64,000 nt of DNA from an uncultured Clostridia bacterium (GTDB lineage Bacteria > Bacillota > Clostridia > Oscillospirales > Ruminococcaceae), in NCBI GenBank assembly GCA_945910815.1, contig CAMDZD010000006.1:10785-74784 (forward strand), in the 5' to 3' direction. The notes beneath the pieces were generated by a model. The model did no database searches, had not been told where the DNA came from, and saw only the letters and a list, made by a program, of their open reading frames with translations. Positions 17,911 to 28,198 of this stretch are shown in pieces; within the stretch, counting starts at the first letter, position 1, and the number at the start of each line of letters is the position of its first letter. Position numbers and translations under genes: made by a program.

Positions 17911-19080
17911 CTATTTAATCATTTGCAAAGTAACTTCAACGGCTTTATCAAGCTGAAAGTCATCGGATTCGCCCTCCGACTGTACAGCTATATAGTCGGG
18001 AGTAAGTCCTATTCCGTCAAAACATTCTGAAAGCGATGTCTGATATTCGGAAGTAGTAAGAGAAACAGCACTTCCGTCATCAAATTCGTGATATGTCTGT
18101 ATTACACCTTTTCCGTATGTCTGCTCGCCGACTATGGGAGAGCCTTTGAAATCACGCAATGATGCTGAAAATAGTTCCCCTGCACTTGCAGTATTTCCGT
18201 TGACTATGACAGTCATAGGAATATCAAGTTCCGATTCATCGGAATATACAAGAGTTTCAGTGTGACCGTCCTTGTATTTTTCGACAGCTATTACACCCTC
18301 GGGAAGAAGAGGGTCAAGGCATTTTTCAAGTGAATCCGCAAGACCTCCGCCATTGTTTCTCAAATCGAATATAATAGCCTTTGCACCGTTCATAGTAAGC
18401 TTTTCAAGAACGTTGCGGAACTGGTCGGGAGTATTTGCTCTGAATGATGAAATTCTGATATATCCTATGTAATCATCAAGCATATTTCCTGTTACGGAAG
18501 TTATTTCAATTGTCTGACGTGTAAATTTAAGCGGAATATCCTTTCCGTTTCGCCTTATGGTGATTTCGATGTCAGAACCAGCCGTTCCGCTCATAAGTGC
18601 AACTGATTCCTCCGCACCCTCCTCGAGTACGTCCTTTCCGTTGACGGCAACTATAATATCGCCTGTTTCAAGAATGGAATCAGATACAGGGGAGTCGGTC
18701 ATTATTGATGAAACTTTAATATATCCGCTTGAATCCTTTGATACTGTTATGCCGAGACCGATAACTTTTCCGGAATCCTCTGCAAGCATTTCCTGATATT
18801 CGTCCGGTGTGAGATACTGCGAATACTTGTCGCCCAGACCGTTTATATAGCCTTTAAGTATGCCATAGCCGAGTTTTTCCTCATCAATATCGTGAAGATA
18901 ATTTTCCCTGATATATGTATCCGCATTTTCAAGCTGTTTGTATTTTTCGGATTTTTCCTTTACATCGGCAACTTTTTTGTTAAAGCTCTGAAGTGAGAAA
19001 AAGGAGGTTAAAATAAATGTAATGGCACAGACTATTGCAGAAATACTTAATGCAAGCCCGAGGCTTATTTTTTTATTCAT
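17911..19080 (-). CDS. ctpA: S41 family carboxyl-terminal processing protease (CtpA-like, PDZ)
   Basis: IGYIRISSF, IIFDLRNNGGG, NTASAGE (catalytic Ser), TYGKGVIQ (Lys), GIGLTPD motifs. Confidence 0.9.
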   Translation of the reverse strand: MNKKISLGLALSISAIVCAITFILTSFFSLQSFNKKVADVKEKSEKYKQLENADTYIRENYLHDIDEEKLGYGILKGYINGLGDKYSQYLTPDEYQEMLAEDSGKVIGLGITVSKDSSGYIKVSSIMTDSPVSDSILETGDIIVAVNGKDVLEEGAEESVALMSGTAGSDIEITIRRNGKDIPLKFTRQTIEITSVTGNMLDDYIGYIRISSFRANTPDQFRNVLEKLTMNGAKAIIFDLRNNGGGLADSLEKCLDPLLPEGVIAVEKYKDGHTETLVYSDESELDIPMTVIVNGNTASAGELFSASLRDFKGSPIVGEQTYGKGVIQTYHEFDDGSAVSLTTSEYQTSLSECFDGIGLTPDYIAVQSEGESDDFQLDKAVEVTLQMIK

Positions 19081-19109
19081 ATTTCATTCGCTTTCCGAAT
19101 ATTTATGTA

Positions 19110-20837
19110 TCAGTTAAGATAATTCTGCGGGTCTTGTGCAACGCCGTCAATCCTTACTTCAAAATGGAGGTGATTTCCTGTTGAATGACCTGTACAGCCG
19201 ACAGCACCTATGGCTTGTCCCTGTTCGACATATTCGCCTACTGATACATATGCGGTTGAAAGATGTGCATACATTGTTGAATAGCCGTCGCCGTGGTCAA
19301 TAAGAACATAGTTTCCGTATCCGCCACCGCAACCGCAACTGTAATCCTTGGCATAGTCGTGCGAGCAGGAATTGTTTACCATAATGACAGTTCCGGCACG
19401 TGATGCAACGGCAGAAGTACCTCTGATACTTCCTCCGGCGATGTCTATACCCTTGTGAGTAGTACCCCATCTGGGACCGAACCCGCTTGAAATATAGTAA
19501 CCACCGGGAGCAGGCCAGATAAATCCTGATGAACTCTGCTGTTGCTGTTGCTGTTCCTGAGCGAGTCTGTCAGCTTCAGCCTTTTCAGCAGCGAGACGTT
19601 CAGCCTCTGCCTGTTCTTCGGCAAGACGCTGTGCTTCTTCGGCAGCAGCCTGTTCAGCGGCAAGACGTTCAGCTTCTTCCTTAGCAGCCTGTTCAGCCTT
19701 ACGCTTTTCTTCTTCCTTTTTAGCTTTTTCTTCAGCCTCTTTCTGTGCAGCGAGTTTTTCGGCAGCTTTTTTAGCTTCTTCGGCTTTCTTTTCAGCTTCG
19801 GCTTTTTCCTTTGCTATACGTTCAGCTTCAGCCTTGGCTTCCTGAGCCTTTCTTTCTGCTTCTTCCTTTTCTCTTGCTATTCTTTCGGCTTCTGCTTTGG
19901 CTTCAAGAGCCTTTTTCTCGGCAGCTGTTTTTGCTTTCTGAATAGCTTCTTCGTTAGCTTTCTGGAGCTGTTCCTCACGGGCTTTTCTTGCAGCTTCTTC
20001 AGCAGCTTTTATTTTTTCTTCTTCCTTGAGTTTTTCGTCATTTATGGCATTGAGGTTTTCAATATTCTGCTGTCTCTGGTTTGCCTCAAGCTTGAGAGTA
20101 TTTATATATTCCTCTGACTGTTCAAATGCTGTATTGTATTCTTCTTTAAGCGATTCAAATTCGGCACGCTTGTTTTCCTGTTCGGATTTTTTAGCCTCGA
20201 GAGTAAGTTTTTCGCTTTCGAGAGCAGATTTCTGAGCATCAAGAGTTTCGAGCTGATTTTTAAGAGTTTCGATTAAATCGGTATCGTGTTCAGCAATACG
20301 GTTTACCATTTCGACTCTTGAAAGCATATCATAGAAATCGGTAGCACCTATAATAGCAGATGCAAGGCTGTCGTTTCCTGTGACATACATAGCACGGAGA
20401 CGTTCTTTGAAAAGTTCAGTATTTTCAGAAATATCCTTTTCCTGCTGTGCTATGTCCCTGACGAGCTGAGTGATATTTTCTTCAGCTGTGGATATATCGG
20501 ATTTAATTCTGTTAAGTTCCTCATCAACGATAGTGATATTATTCTGCATAAGAATAATCTGGTCGGTGAGAGTATCCTGATAATCCTGCTGTTCCTTCAT
20601 ATCGTCATTGTACTGACTTAATTCTTTTTTGAGCTGTTCGATTTTCTTTTCATTTTCGGAACGTTCTTCCTGAAGCTCTGCAACGGTTTTTGCCTGAACG
20701 TTCTTTTCCTGTTTTACAGAATACGCAAATGTAAGGTTTAATGTAATTACTCCGCAGACTATGAATGTGAGGAGCTTTTTGATTTTAAAAAGTTTACTCA
20801 TTATATACGCAGATATTTTTTTTAGAAATACCTGCAC
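19110..20837 (-). CDS. Coiled-coil murein hydrolase with C-terminal M23 peptidase domain (FtsEX partner; CwlO/EnvC-like architecture)
   Basis: Signal/TM, PcsB/CwlO-type coiled coil (LFKERLRAMY, FYDMLSRVE), E/K/A-rich spacer, M23 motifs HKGID, GYGNYV, HLS, STGNHLHFEVR. The start may be ATG 20801. Confidence 0.88.
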   Translation of the reverse strand: MQVFLKKISAYIMSKLFKIKKLLTFIVCGVITLNLTFAYSVKQEKNVQAKTVAELQEERSENEKKIEQLKKELSQYNDDMKEQQDYQDTLTDQIILMQNNITIVDEELNRIKSDISTAEENITQLVRDIAQQEKDISENTELFKERLRAMYVTGNDSLASAIIGATDFYDMLSRVEMVNRIAEHDTDLIETLKNQLETLDAQKSALESEKLTLEAKKSEQENKRAEFESLKEEYNTAFEQSEEYINTLKLEANQRQQNIENLNAINDEKLKEEEKIKAAEEAARKAREEQLQKANEEAIQKAKTAAEKKALEAKAEAERIAREKEEAERKAQEAKAEAERIAKEKAEAEKKAEEAKKAAEKLAAQKEAEEKAKKEEEKRKAEQAAKEEAERLAAEQAAAEEAQRLAEEQAEAERLAAEKAEADRLAQEQQQQQQSSSGFIWPAPGGYYISSGFGPRWGTTHKGIDIAGGSIRGTSAVASRAGTVIMVNNSCSHDYAKDYSCGCGGGYGNYVLIDHGDGYSTMYAHLSTAYVSVGEYVEQGQAIGAVGCTGHSTGNHLHFEVRIDGVAQDPQNYLN

Positions 20838-20864
20838 TCCTTTCGTAAATTAAATTAATCAATG

Positions 20865-21770
20865 TTAAACATTAATATGCTTTCTTGTACACAGTACACT
20901 TCCAAGACCCCCGATGAAAGCACCTGCAAGAATATATGCACCCAGTACATAAAACTGAATTTTTCCGAACGGAATAATACTTCCCAGACCTATGACGTTC
21001 ATAACTCCGACATTTTCCGTCAGAATACTGAATGTTGAACGGTATGTGAGGAGAGTAAGCAGAAAAGCACCTGCTCCGGAAAAAAATCCCGTAATCATTC
21101 CCTCAATAAAAAACGGTATTCTTATAAATCCGTTTGTAGCACCAACGTATTTCATAATCTGAATTTCTTCACGTCTTGAAAATACGCTTGCTTTTGTAGT
21201 ATTTGAAATCATAATCATAGAAACTATTACAAGCCCGATTATAATAGCTGTTGCAATGAGGGTTACAACACGCCTTAATTCCATAAGAATATTGACAAAT
21301 TCCTGAGAGGCTTTTATATAATAGATGTTGTCCATTTTTTCGATTATGTCGATAATTTCGGTTACACGGTCAATATCGTGAACCCTGACCTTATAGCCGT
21401 TTACAAGCGGATTGTCGTTGCCGAGAGAATTAAAAATTCTTTCATATTCCGGCATAGACTTCATCATAGACTGAAAAGCCTCGTCCTTTGATTCAAAGAC
21501 AACTTCCGAAACGCCGTCTATTCTGGAAAGCTGATTTCCGAGTTCTTCAATCTGTTCCTGCGTTGCGGAGTCGTCAATAAATACGGCAATTTCATTTTTA
21601 TCACTTATTCCGCCGATGATTGAATCGATATTTATGTAAAACAGGACTGCCATTCCGACAAGCATAAGTGATATTAAAAGGACGCAGAATGTTGCAAAAG
21701 CCATCATTTTATTTTTCCATATATTTTCCGTGCCTTGGTCTATAAGATATTTTATACCGCTAAGCTTCAT
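20865..21770 (-). CDS. ftsX: Cell division ABC permease FtsX
   Basis: NKMMAFAT, VFESKDEAF..M, NPL, ISNTTKASVFSRREEIQIMKYVGATNGFIRIPFFIEG. Confidence 0.95.
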   Translation of the reverse strand: MKLSGIKYLIDQGTENIWKNKMMAFATFCVLLISLMLVGMAVLFYINIDSIIGGISDKNEIAVFIDDSATQEQIEELGNQLSRIDGVSEVVFESKDEAFQSMMKSMPEYERIFNSLGNDNPLVNGYKVRVHDIDRVTEIIDIIEKMDNIYYIKASQEFVNILMELRRVVTLIATAIIIGLVIVSMIMISNTTKASVFSRREEIQIMKYVGATNGFIRIPFFIEGMITGFFSGAGAFLLTLLTYRSTFSILTENVGVMNVIGLGSIIPFGKIQFYVLGAYILAGAFIGGLGSVLCTRKHINV

Positions 21771-22455
21771 CGTTTATACCCCCGATTACTTCATCAAAGA
21801 CAATTCGTCCGTCAGTTATATTGATTATTCTGCCTCCGAAATGTCTGACGAGGTCGTGTTCGTGCGTAACCATAAGAACAGTAGTTCCGCAGTCGTTAAT
21901 GCCTTTCAGCAGTTCGACTATTTCATATGAAAGTTCGGGGTCGATGTTTCCGGTAGGTTCATCGGCGATAATAAGTTTAGGGTCATTTACCAAGGCTCTT
22001 GCGATTGCAACACGCTGTTTTTCACCGCCTGAAAGCTCATCGGGATATGAGTTCATTTTTGACTGTAATTCGACAAGCCCGATTACATAAGGTACTCTTT
22101 TCTTAATGAACTTTCGGGGTGCATCTATAACACGCAGTACGAAAGCAATATTTTCGTATACGGTCATAGACGGTATAAGTCTGAAATCCTGAAAAACAAA
22201 GCCGAGAGTACGTCTGAATTCAGGAATTTGTCTTTTTTTAAGCTTGTTGAGGTTATAGCCGTTTACGCTTACAGAACCGCTTGTAGCGTCTATTTCCTTC
22301 AGCAGTAGCTTAATCATGGTACTTTTTCCCGCACCCGAAGAACCAACGACAAATGCAAAGTCGCCGTCATTTATTTTAAGGCTTACGTTGTTGAGAGCAT
22401 CAACACCGCTTGAATATTTAACGGATACGTTTTTTAATTCTACCATTTCAATCAC
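21760..22455 (-). CDS. ftsE: Cell division ATP-binding protein FtsE
   Basis: GSSGAGKST, GFVFQDFRLI, LSGGEKQRVAIARA, ADEPTGNIDP; upstream of ftsX. Confidence 0.95.
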   Translation of the reverse strand: MIEMVELKNVSVKYSSGVDALNNVSLKINDGDFAFVVGSSGAGKSTMIKLLLKEIDATSGSVSVNGYNLNKLKKRQIPEFRRTLGFVFQDFRLIPSMTVYENIAFVLRVIDAPRKFIKKRVPYVIGLVELQSKMNSYPDELSGGEKQRVAIARALVNDPKLIIADEPTGNIDPELSYEIVELLKGINDCGTTVLMVTHEHDLVRHFGGRIINITDGRIVFDEVIGGINDEA

Positions 22456-22508
22456 CTTCCTTTTTATTTTTTTTAAAATTCGGCTTTCGTTCAGGAGAGA
22501 ATGATTTA

Positions 22509-23594
22509 TCAGAATTTCATAGGACTTGCGGAGAGATATTTTTTAACCATAAGGGCGATTTTGAATATAATAGCGTGGTCAAATTCCCTTAAGTCAAGAC
22601 CGGTAAGCTTTTTGATTTTTTCGAGTCTGTAAACGAGAGTATTTCTATGGACAAAAAGCTTTCTTGAAGTTTCCGAAACATTGAGATTGTTTTCAAAGAA
22701 TCTCTGAATAGTGAAAAGTGTTTCGTGGTCGAGGGATTCGATACTGCCCATTTTGAAAACCTCATGCAGGAAAGTTTCGCAGAGAGTTGTCGGGAGATGA
22801 TATATAAGTCTTGCAATTCCGAGATTGTCATAGCTTACAATTACCTTGTCGGTATCGAATACCTTTCCGACTTCAAGAGCCATCTGAGCTTCTTTGAATG
22901 AGCTTGCAAGCTCCTTGACTCCTACAACGGGAGTTCCTATTCCGACATTTACTCTTGTATAGAATTCACTGCTTAAAGTATCGGCGATTGAACGTGCAAG
23001 CTTTTCGAGGTCTTTTGAATCAACAGTGCTTTTGAGTTCCTTTACAAGAACTATATCATTTTCGGTTATATTGAAAACAAAATCCTTGTTTTTATCAGGG
23101 AAAAGGTTCTGAATGACATCATATGCGGATATATCATTTGCAGATACGATTCTTATAAGGAATACGACACGGCTTATTTCAGCATTGAAATGAAGTTCCC
23201 TTGCCTTTATGATAATATCTCCGGGGAGAACGTTATCGAGAACGACATTTTTTATGAAATTGTTTCTGTCGTATTTTTCATCATAGTACTGCTTGATATT
23301 TGTGAGGGATATAGCCATAATGCTTGCATACTTTGCGGAAGCCTCGTCCACTCCCTCAACGAATACGGCATAATCGGGCTTGACTCTTGCACCGAACGGC
23401 TTGTATGTATATCCGTCTCTTATAAAAATATCGTGGGAATCTGTAAGGTCAAGCGAAACAAATTCGTTGGTAGTTCCTACTTTTGTGAGGTCACTGCAAG
23501 CGATAATAGTAGCGGTTTCGTCAACAACTCCTATTGTGCAGTCTATGGTCTCTTTCATCTGCTGAATGAGCCCCTGGAATAAACGGTTGGACAT
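22509..23594 (-). CDS. CdaR/PucR family transcriptional regulator
   Basis: GGDEF-like middle domain (VGIG, SFKEAQMAL) and C-terminal FFENNLNVSETSRKLFVHRNTLVYRLEKI HTH. Confidence 0.9.
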   Translation of the reverse strand: MSNRLFQGLIQQMKETIDCTIGVVDETATIIACSDLTKVGTTNEFVSLDLTDSHDIFIRDGYTYKPFGARVKPDYAVFVEGVDEASAKYASIMAISLTNIKQYYDEKYDRNNFIKNVVLDNVLPGDIIIKARELHFNAEISRVVFLIRIVSANDISAYDVIQNLFPDKNKDFVFNITENDIVLVKELKSTVDSKDLEKLARSIADTLSSEFYTRVNVGIGTPVVGVKELASSFKEAQMALEVGKVFDTDKVIVSYDNLGIARLIYHLPTTLCETFLHEVFKMGSIESLDHETLFTIQRFFENNLNVSETSRKLFVHRNTLVYRLEKIKKLTGLDLREFDHAIIFKIALMVKKYLSASPMKF

Positions 23595-23791
23595 AAAATC
23601 AAATCAATCCTTTCTTATATACGTTAAAAAGCAATCCTGATATATTACAAATTGTAACATATTTTTATAGCTGATTTGTGAACAAACTGTTAATTTTTTT
23701 CTGAGATTCCCGATATTCTGAATTTTTGGTTATATACCGGAAATTTCTGTTCATATTCTGTTAAAAAAGCTGTAACCGAAATGTAATTATA

Positions 23792-25558
23792 TCACATTTT
23801 TTCGGGAGCGTCAATCTTGAGAATTTCGAGGGCATTTTCGAGAACCTGCTTAACGCTTATACAGAGTGAAAGACGTGCGAGACGGAGTTCATCAGTTTCG
23901 GCATTTTTTACACTGCACGAATCATAGAACCTGTGGAAAAGCGTAGCAAGTTCAATGGCATATTTTGTAATCTTAGCAGGGTCATAAGTTCTTGCGGAAG
24001 CGTTTACAGTGCTTGGAAGTTCAGCAATATGGCGGATAAGCTCTATTTCGGAGGGCTGTGAGAGCAGTAAAAGGTCAGCTTCGGGAGTATATTCAATACC
24101 CTCTGATTTGAGATTTGCAATAAGACTGCAGATTCTTGCGTGAGCATACTGAACGTAATAAACCGGATTTTTTGAGGACTGTTCAACAGCAAGGTCAAGG
24201 TCAAATTCAAACTGAGAATTAGCCTCACGCATATTAAAGAAAAATCTTACGGCATCAATCGGAATTTCATCAAGAAGTGTTACAAGAGTAATAGCCTTAC
24301 CGCTTCTCTTTGAAAGTTTTACAGTTTCGCCGTTGCGGACGAGTCTTACCATCTGCATAAGAACGACATCGAGCTTGTCCGCATTTACTCCGAGTGCAGT
24401 AAGGGCGGATTTAAGACGTGGAACATATCCGTGGTGGTCGGCACCGAGAACATTTATAGCTTTGTCGAAATTTCTTGTTACAAGCTTGTCATAGTGGTAT
24501 GCAATATCAGGAACTACATATGTAGGAATACCGTTTGCACGGACAAGGACAAAATCCTTGTCAACTCCGAAATCAGTAGCCCTGAACCATACAGCACCGT
24601 CCTGTTCGTAAGTGTGACCTGTTTCCTTAAGTTTTTCAACGATACGCATAGTCTCACCGCTTTCGTGGAGCTTGCTTTCCCTGAACCAGTTGTCATAAAC
24701 TATACGGTATTTTTTGAGGTCACGTTCAAGACCTTCGATATTTTTAGGCAGAGCATAATCAACAAGAATCTGACGGCGTTCGGATTCTTCCTGACCGCTT
24801 AATACAGCACCGTATTCGTCAAAATAGTTTTTAGCGTGTTCGATGATATCCATACCCCTGTAAGAATCTTCGGGCATAGGAAATTCCGGAGAATTTCCGT
24901 CCTCTCCGTAAACAGCCTGACAGAAATCGTCCATACCGTAATTATTGAGACATATTTTCTGTCCCTCGTCACTGCAAATCTGCATATAGCGGAGTGAAAG
25001 GGATTTTCCGAATTTTTCAATCTGATTTCCGGCATCGTTGACATAAAATTCACGTTCGGTATAAAATCCAGCCCACTGGAGAACGCTTGCGAGACAGTCA
25101 CCGATAGCACCGCCTCTTGCGTTTCCTATATGCATAGGGCCTGTCGGATTTGCGGAAACAAATTCAACAAGTATTCTTTTACCTTTTCCGTAATCGGTTT
25201 TACCGTAATCCTTTCCCTCATCAAGAGAAGCTTTTACGACATCGGCGAACCATTTCGGAGACAGGAAAAAATTCATAAATCCCGCACCGGCAATCTCGCA
25301 TTTTTCAAAGCAGGAATTTTCGAGTACAAGCTCGGATTTTATAAGTTCAGCGATTTTACGGGGAGGCATACGGAGAGTTCTGGCTGATACCATAGCGATA
25401 TTTGTAGCAAAATCTCCGTGGGACTTGTCGGCAGGAATTTCCGTTTTGAAATCCGGAAGCGGAATTTCAGGTATTTCCTTTTTTGATACAAGAACAGCAA
25501 GGGAATTATAAATAAGTTCCCTGAGCTGTTCGGAGGCATTTTTTATAAGGTCAGACAT
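23792..25558 (-). CDS. argS: Arginine--tRNA ligase
   Basis: HGDFATN, VEFVSANPTGPMHIGNARG (HIGH), GADHHGY, KLSKRSG, YVQYAHARICS. Confidence 0.98.
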   Translation of the reverse strand: MSDLIKNASEQLRELIYNSLAVLVSKKEIPEIPLPDFKTEIPADKSHGDFATNIAMVSARTLRMPPRKIAELIKSELVLENSCFEKCEIAGAGFMNFFLSPKWFADVVKASLDEGKDYGKTDYGKGKRILVEFVSANPTGPMHIGNARGGAIGDCLASVLQWAGFYTEREFYVNDAGNQIEKFGKSLSLRYMQICSDEGQKICLNNYGMDDFCQAVYGEDGNSPEFPMPEDSYRGMDIIEHAKNYFDEYGAVLSGQEESERRQILVDYALPKNIEGLERDLKKYRIVYDNWFRESKLHESGETMRIVEKLKETGHTYEQDGAVWFRATDFGVDKDFVLVRANGIPTYVVPDIAYHYDKLVTRNFDKAINVLGADHHGYVPRLKSALTALGVNADKLDVVLMQMVRLVRNGETVKLSKRSGKAITLVTLLDEIPIDAVRFFFNMREANSQFEFDLDLAVEQSSKNPVYYVQYAHARICSLIANLKSEGIEYTPEADLLLLSQPSEIELIRHIAELPSTVNASARTYDPAKITKYAIELATLFHRFYDSCSVKNAETDELRLARLSLCISVKQVLENALEILKIDAPEKM

Positions 25559-25577
25559 TTAATTTAAATTCCTTTCA

Positions 25578-26006
25578 TCAGTTTTGATTAAAATTCTGTA
25601 TTCTGATAATAATTTCATTGTCGGAGAGATATGCTGAATTGAGGTCAAGAGTATATTTGAGAGCAAGTTCTCCGGAAGTTTCTATATTGTTTTTTATGAA
25701 CTGTGTCATAATTCCAATCTGAAAATCCCCGTAGGGAGTTCCGTAATGGCAGTAATGTTTTTTATCTTTTTCGAGCATAATATTTGAATTTGCAGTACCT
25801 GTTCTTACTATGCTTGCGGAATTGTTTCCGTCAACGGTTATAGTAGTAACAGAACCCTCAAAGCCTGTTGCGGGAGTATCTTCATATCTGAATGTATATG
25901 TATCATTCTGACGGTTATATAAAGCCTTTGTAAAGAGTTCGGTTTCACTTTTTTCGCCGTCCTGATTTATGATACTTCTTAGTGAAATCATAACATTGTT
26001 TTTCAT
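25578..26006 (-). CDS. DUF1934 family beta-barrel protein
   Basis: Y.TPYG motif (HYGTPYGDFQIG), all-beta pattern, usual position upstream of argS. Confidence 0.8.
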   Translation of the reverse strand: MKNNVMISLRSIINQDGEKSETELFTKALYNRQNDTYTFRYEDTPATGFEGSVTTITVDGNNSASIVRTGTANSNIMLEKDKKHYCHYGTPYGDFQIGIMTQFIKNNIETSGELALKYTLDLNSAYLSDNEIIIRIQNFNQN

Positions 26007-26021
26007 CTTTTCACCGCCGTT

Positions 26022-26825
26022 TTATTTTATACTGCTGAAAACGTCACCGGAAACATCGTGACCGAGGAATATTCTTGCAGTATCGCCGAAAAGTTCGGTG
26101 CTGTCACTGACATAGAAAGTATTTTTTCCCTTTTCGGTACTTCCGGAGAGAAGATTTTTTTCGCTCAGGCATTTTTTGGCATACTTTGCGGATTCCGCAC
26201 CGGTATCGATAAGAGTAACATTATCTCCCATATAGTCGGTAATTATTTCTTTTATGATAGGGTAGTGAGTACAGCCGAGAATAAGAGTATCTACACCGGC
26301 TTTTTTGATAGGTTCGAGATATTCTTCTGCAACGAGTTTAGTGACCTTATTCTGACGGTCGATATAGCCGTTTTCAACGAGATGTACGAAAAGCGGACAG
26401 GGATTTGCAAATACCTGCGTACCGGGACGCATAGCCTCAACAGTTTTTTTGAATGAACCGCTTCTGATTGTTGCGGGAGTGCCAATTATACCGATTCTGC
26501 CGTTTTTAGTGGCATTGCAGGCACTTCTTGATGCCGGAATAAGTACGCCTGTAAAGGGAATACCGTCAATATCGGATATATCGCCTATAACCGAGCTTAC
26601 AGTACCGCAGGCAGCAATAATCATTTTGATGTCGTGTTTTCTTAGAAATTCTATATCTTCATTTGCATATCGGAGAACGGTGTTCCGGCTTCTTGAACCG
26701 TATGGTATTCTCGCAGTATCTCCGAAGTATATTATATTTTCATTCGGAAGAATTTTATTGAGTTCCCTTACGGCAGTAAGACCGCCAAGACCGGAATCAA
26801 ATACGCCTATGGCATTATTATCCAT
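26022..26825 (-). CDS. murI: Glutamate racemase
   Basis: IGVFDSGLGGLT, GDTARIPYG, AACGT, LILGCTHYP. Confidence 0.97.
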   Translation of the reverse strand: MDNNAIGVFDSGLGGLTAVRELNKILPNENIIYFGDTARIPYGSRSRNTVLRYANEDIEFLRKHDIKMIIAACGTVSSVIGDISDIDGIPFTGVLIPASRSACNATKNGRIGIIGTPATIRSGSFKKTVEAMRPGTQVFANPCPLFVHLVENGYIDRQNKVTKLVAEEYLEPIKKAGVDTLILGCTHYPIIKEIITDYMGDNVTLIDTGAESAKYAKKCLSEKNLLSGSTEKGKNTFYVSDSTELFGDTARIFLGHDVSGDVFSSIK

Positions 26826-26837
26826 TCAAAATCTCCT

Positions 26838-27908
26838 TTAATAGTTTTTTTCGGAATTTTCAATAGCCTGTTCAATAAGCTTGTCAACGAGATATGACTG
26901 ACTCATTCCGAGATTTTCCATAAGCTTGGGGTACATGCTTATTGAAGTAAATCCGGGGAGAGTATTAATTTCGTTGAGATAGAGTATTCCGTCATCGGTG
27001 AGGAAGAAATCGACTCTTGAAAGACCCTTACAGCCGAGACATTTATAAGCTTTTATTGCAGTTTCACGTATTTCAGCCATTTTTCTGTCGTCAATTCTTG
27101 CAGGAATATAAAGCTTTGAGGGACTGTCATATTTTGCGTCATAGTCATAGAAATCGTTGCAGGCTTCAATTTCGCCGGCATATGATGCGAAAGGTGAATC
27201 ATATCCGAATACGGCAACTTCAAGTTCCTGACCTTTTATAAATTCCTCAACAACTACTTTATTGTCGTGAGAGAACGCAACTTTTACAGCTTCTTCGAGT
27301 TCAGAAAGGTTTGTAGCCTTATTTATTCCTATTGATGAACCGGCATTTGCAGGCTTGACGAAAAGCGGAAATCCGAGAGCGTGGGCAATTTCCTCGCATT
27401 TTTCCTCAAGATGATTTATTTCTCTCTGCGTGATTAGTCTCCATTTAGCTGTTTTTATACCGCAGTAGTCAAGAACGATATGCGTATGCGATTTATCCAT
27501 ACAGGACGCTGACGCAAGCAGTCCGCAACCGACATACGGGAGCTTTGCCATATCGAGAAGTCCCTGAAGTGAACCGTCCTCGCCGTTTCTTCCGTGGAGG
27601 ACAGGGAATACAACATCAATTTTTCTTACTGAAACGCTGTTGTTTTCGATAATAATTATACCCTTGTGAATCGGGTCGGGTGAAATTATAGCGGTGGTGC
27701 AGTCGGGATTGTATTCCCACTTACCGTTTGCAATAGATTCAACATCACCGGGGTAATAGAGCCATCTTCCTGTTTTGGTAATTCCGATACAGGTAATTTC
27801 GTATTTGTCTTTCGGAATACTTTTGATAACGTTTGTGGCAGATATAAGAGAAATATTATGTTCGCTTGAAGCACCGCCAAATAAAACCGCAACTTTAATT
27901 TTTGCCAT
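26838..27908 (-). CDS. ddl: D-alanine--D-alanine ligase
   Basis: FGGASSEH.ISL, FPVLHGRNGEDG, FVKPANAGSSIG, YDYDAKY, SRVDFF, NEINTLPGFT. Confidence 0.97.
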   Translation of the reverse strand: MAKIKVAVLFGGASSEHNISLISATNVIKSIPKDKYEITCIGITKTGRWLYYPGDVESIANGKWEYNPDCTTAIISPDPIHKGIIIIENNSVSVRKIDVVFPVLHGRNGEDGSLQGLLDMAKLPYVGCGLLASASCMDKSHTHIVLDYCGIKTAKWRLITQREINHLEEKCEEIAHALGFPLFVKPANAGSSIGINKATNLSELEEAVKVAFSHDNKVVVEEFIKGQELEVAVFGYDSPFASYAGEIEACNDFYDYDAKYDSPSKLYIPARIDDRKMAEIRETAIKAYKCLGCKGLSRVDFFLTDDGILYLNEINTLPGFTSISMYPKLMENLGMSQSYLVDKLIEQAIENSEKNY

Positions 27909-28198
27909 AAAAAATTACTCCTTTGGGAAAACATACTTTTTTGTATCTTGTATCAATAATTTTATCACATTTCACAAAAAACTTCAAGTATTTTTTGTGA
28001 AAATAAAATGAAACGTGTAAATTTTAAAAAATTACCCTAAAAACATAACAAGTTTCAACAGATTTTTTTGTTGATTTTCACATAATTCACGCAATGCTGT
28101 TTGTTGTCATTATATTATATTTATCAAAATAGCAGTATATTACAGGATTGACAAGCTGTATAAAAAAGCTATATAATAATTCGGGAGGGATTTTTTTT

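Noticed and set aside
19542-20117. 191-aa plus-strand ORF rich in F/S/L
   Set aside because: Antisense shadow of the E/K/A-rich repeat of the M23 gene; no RBS or family motif.
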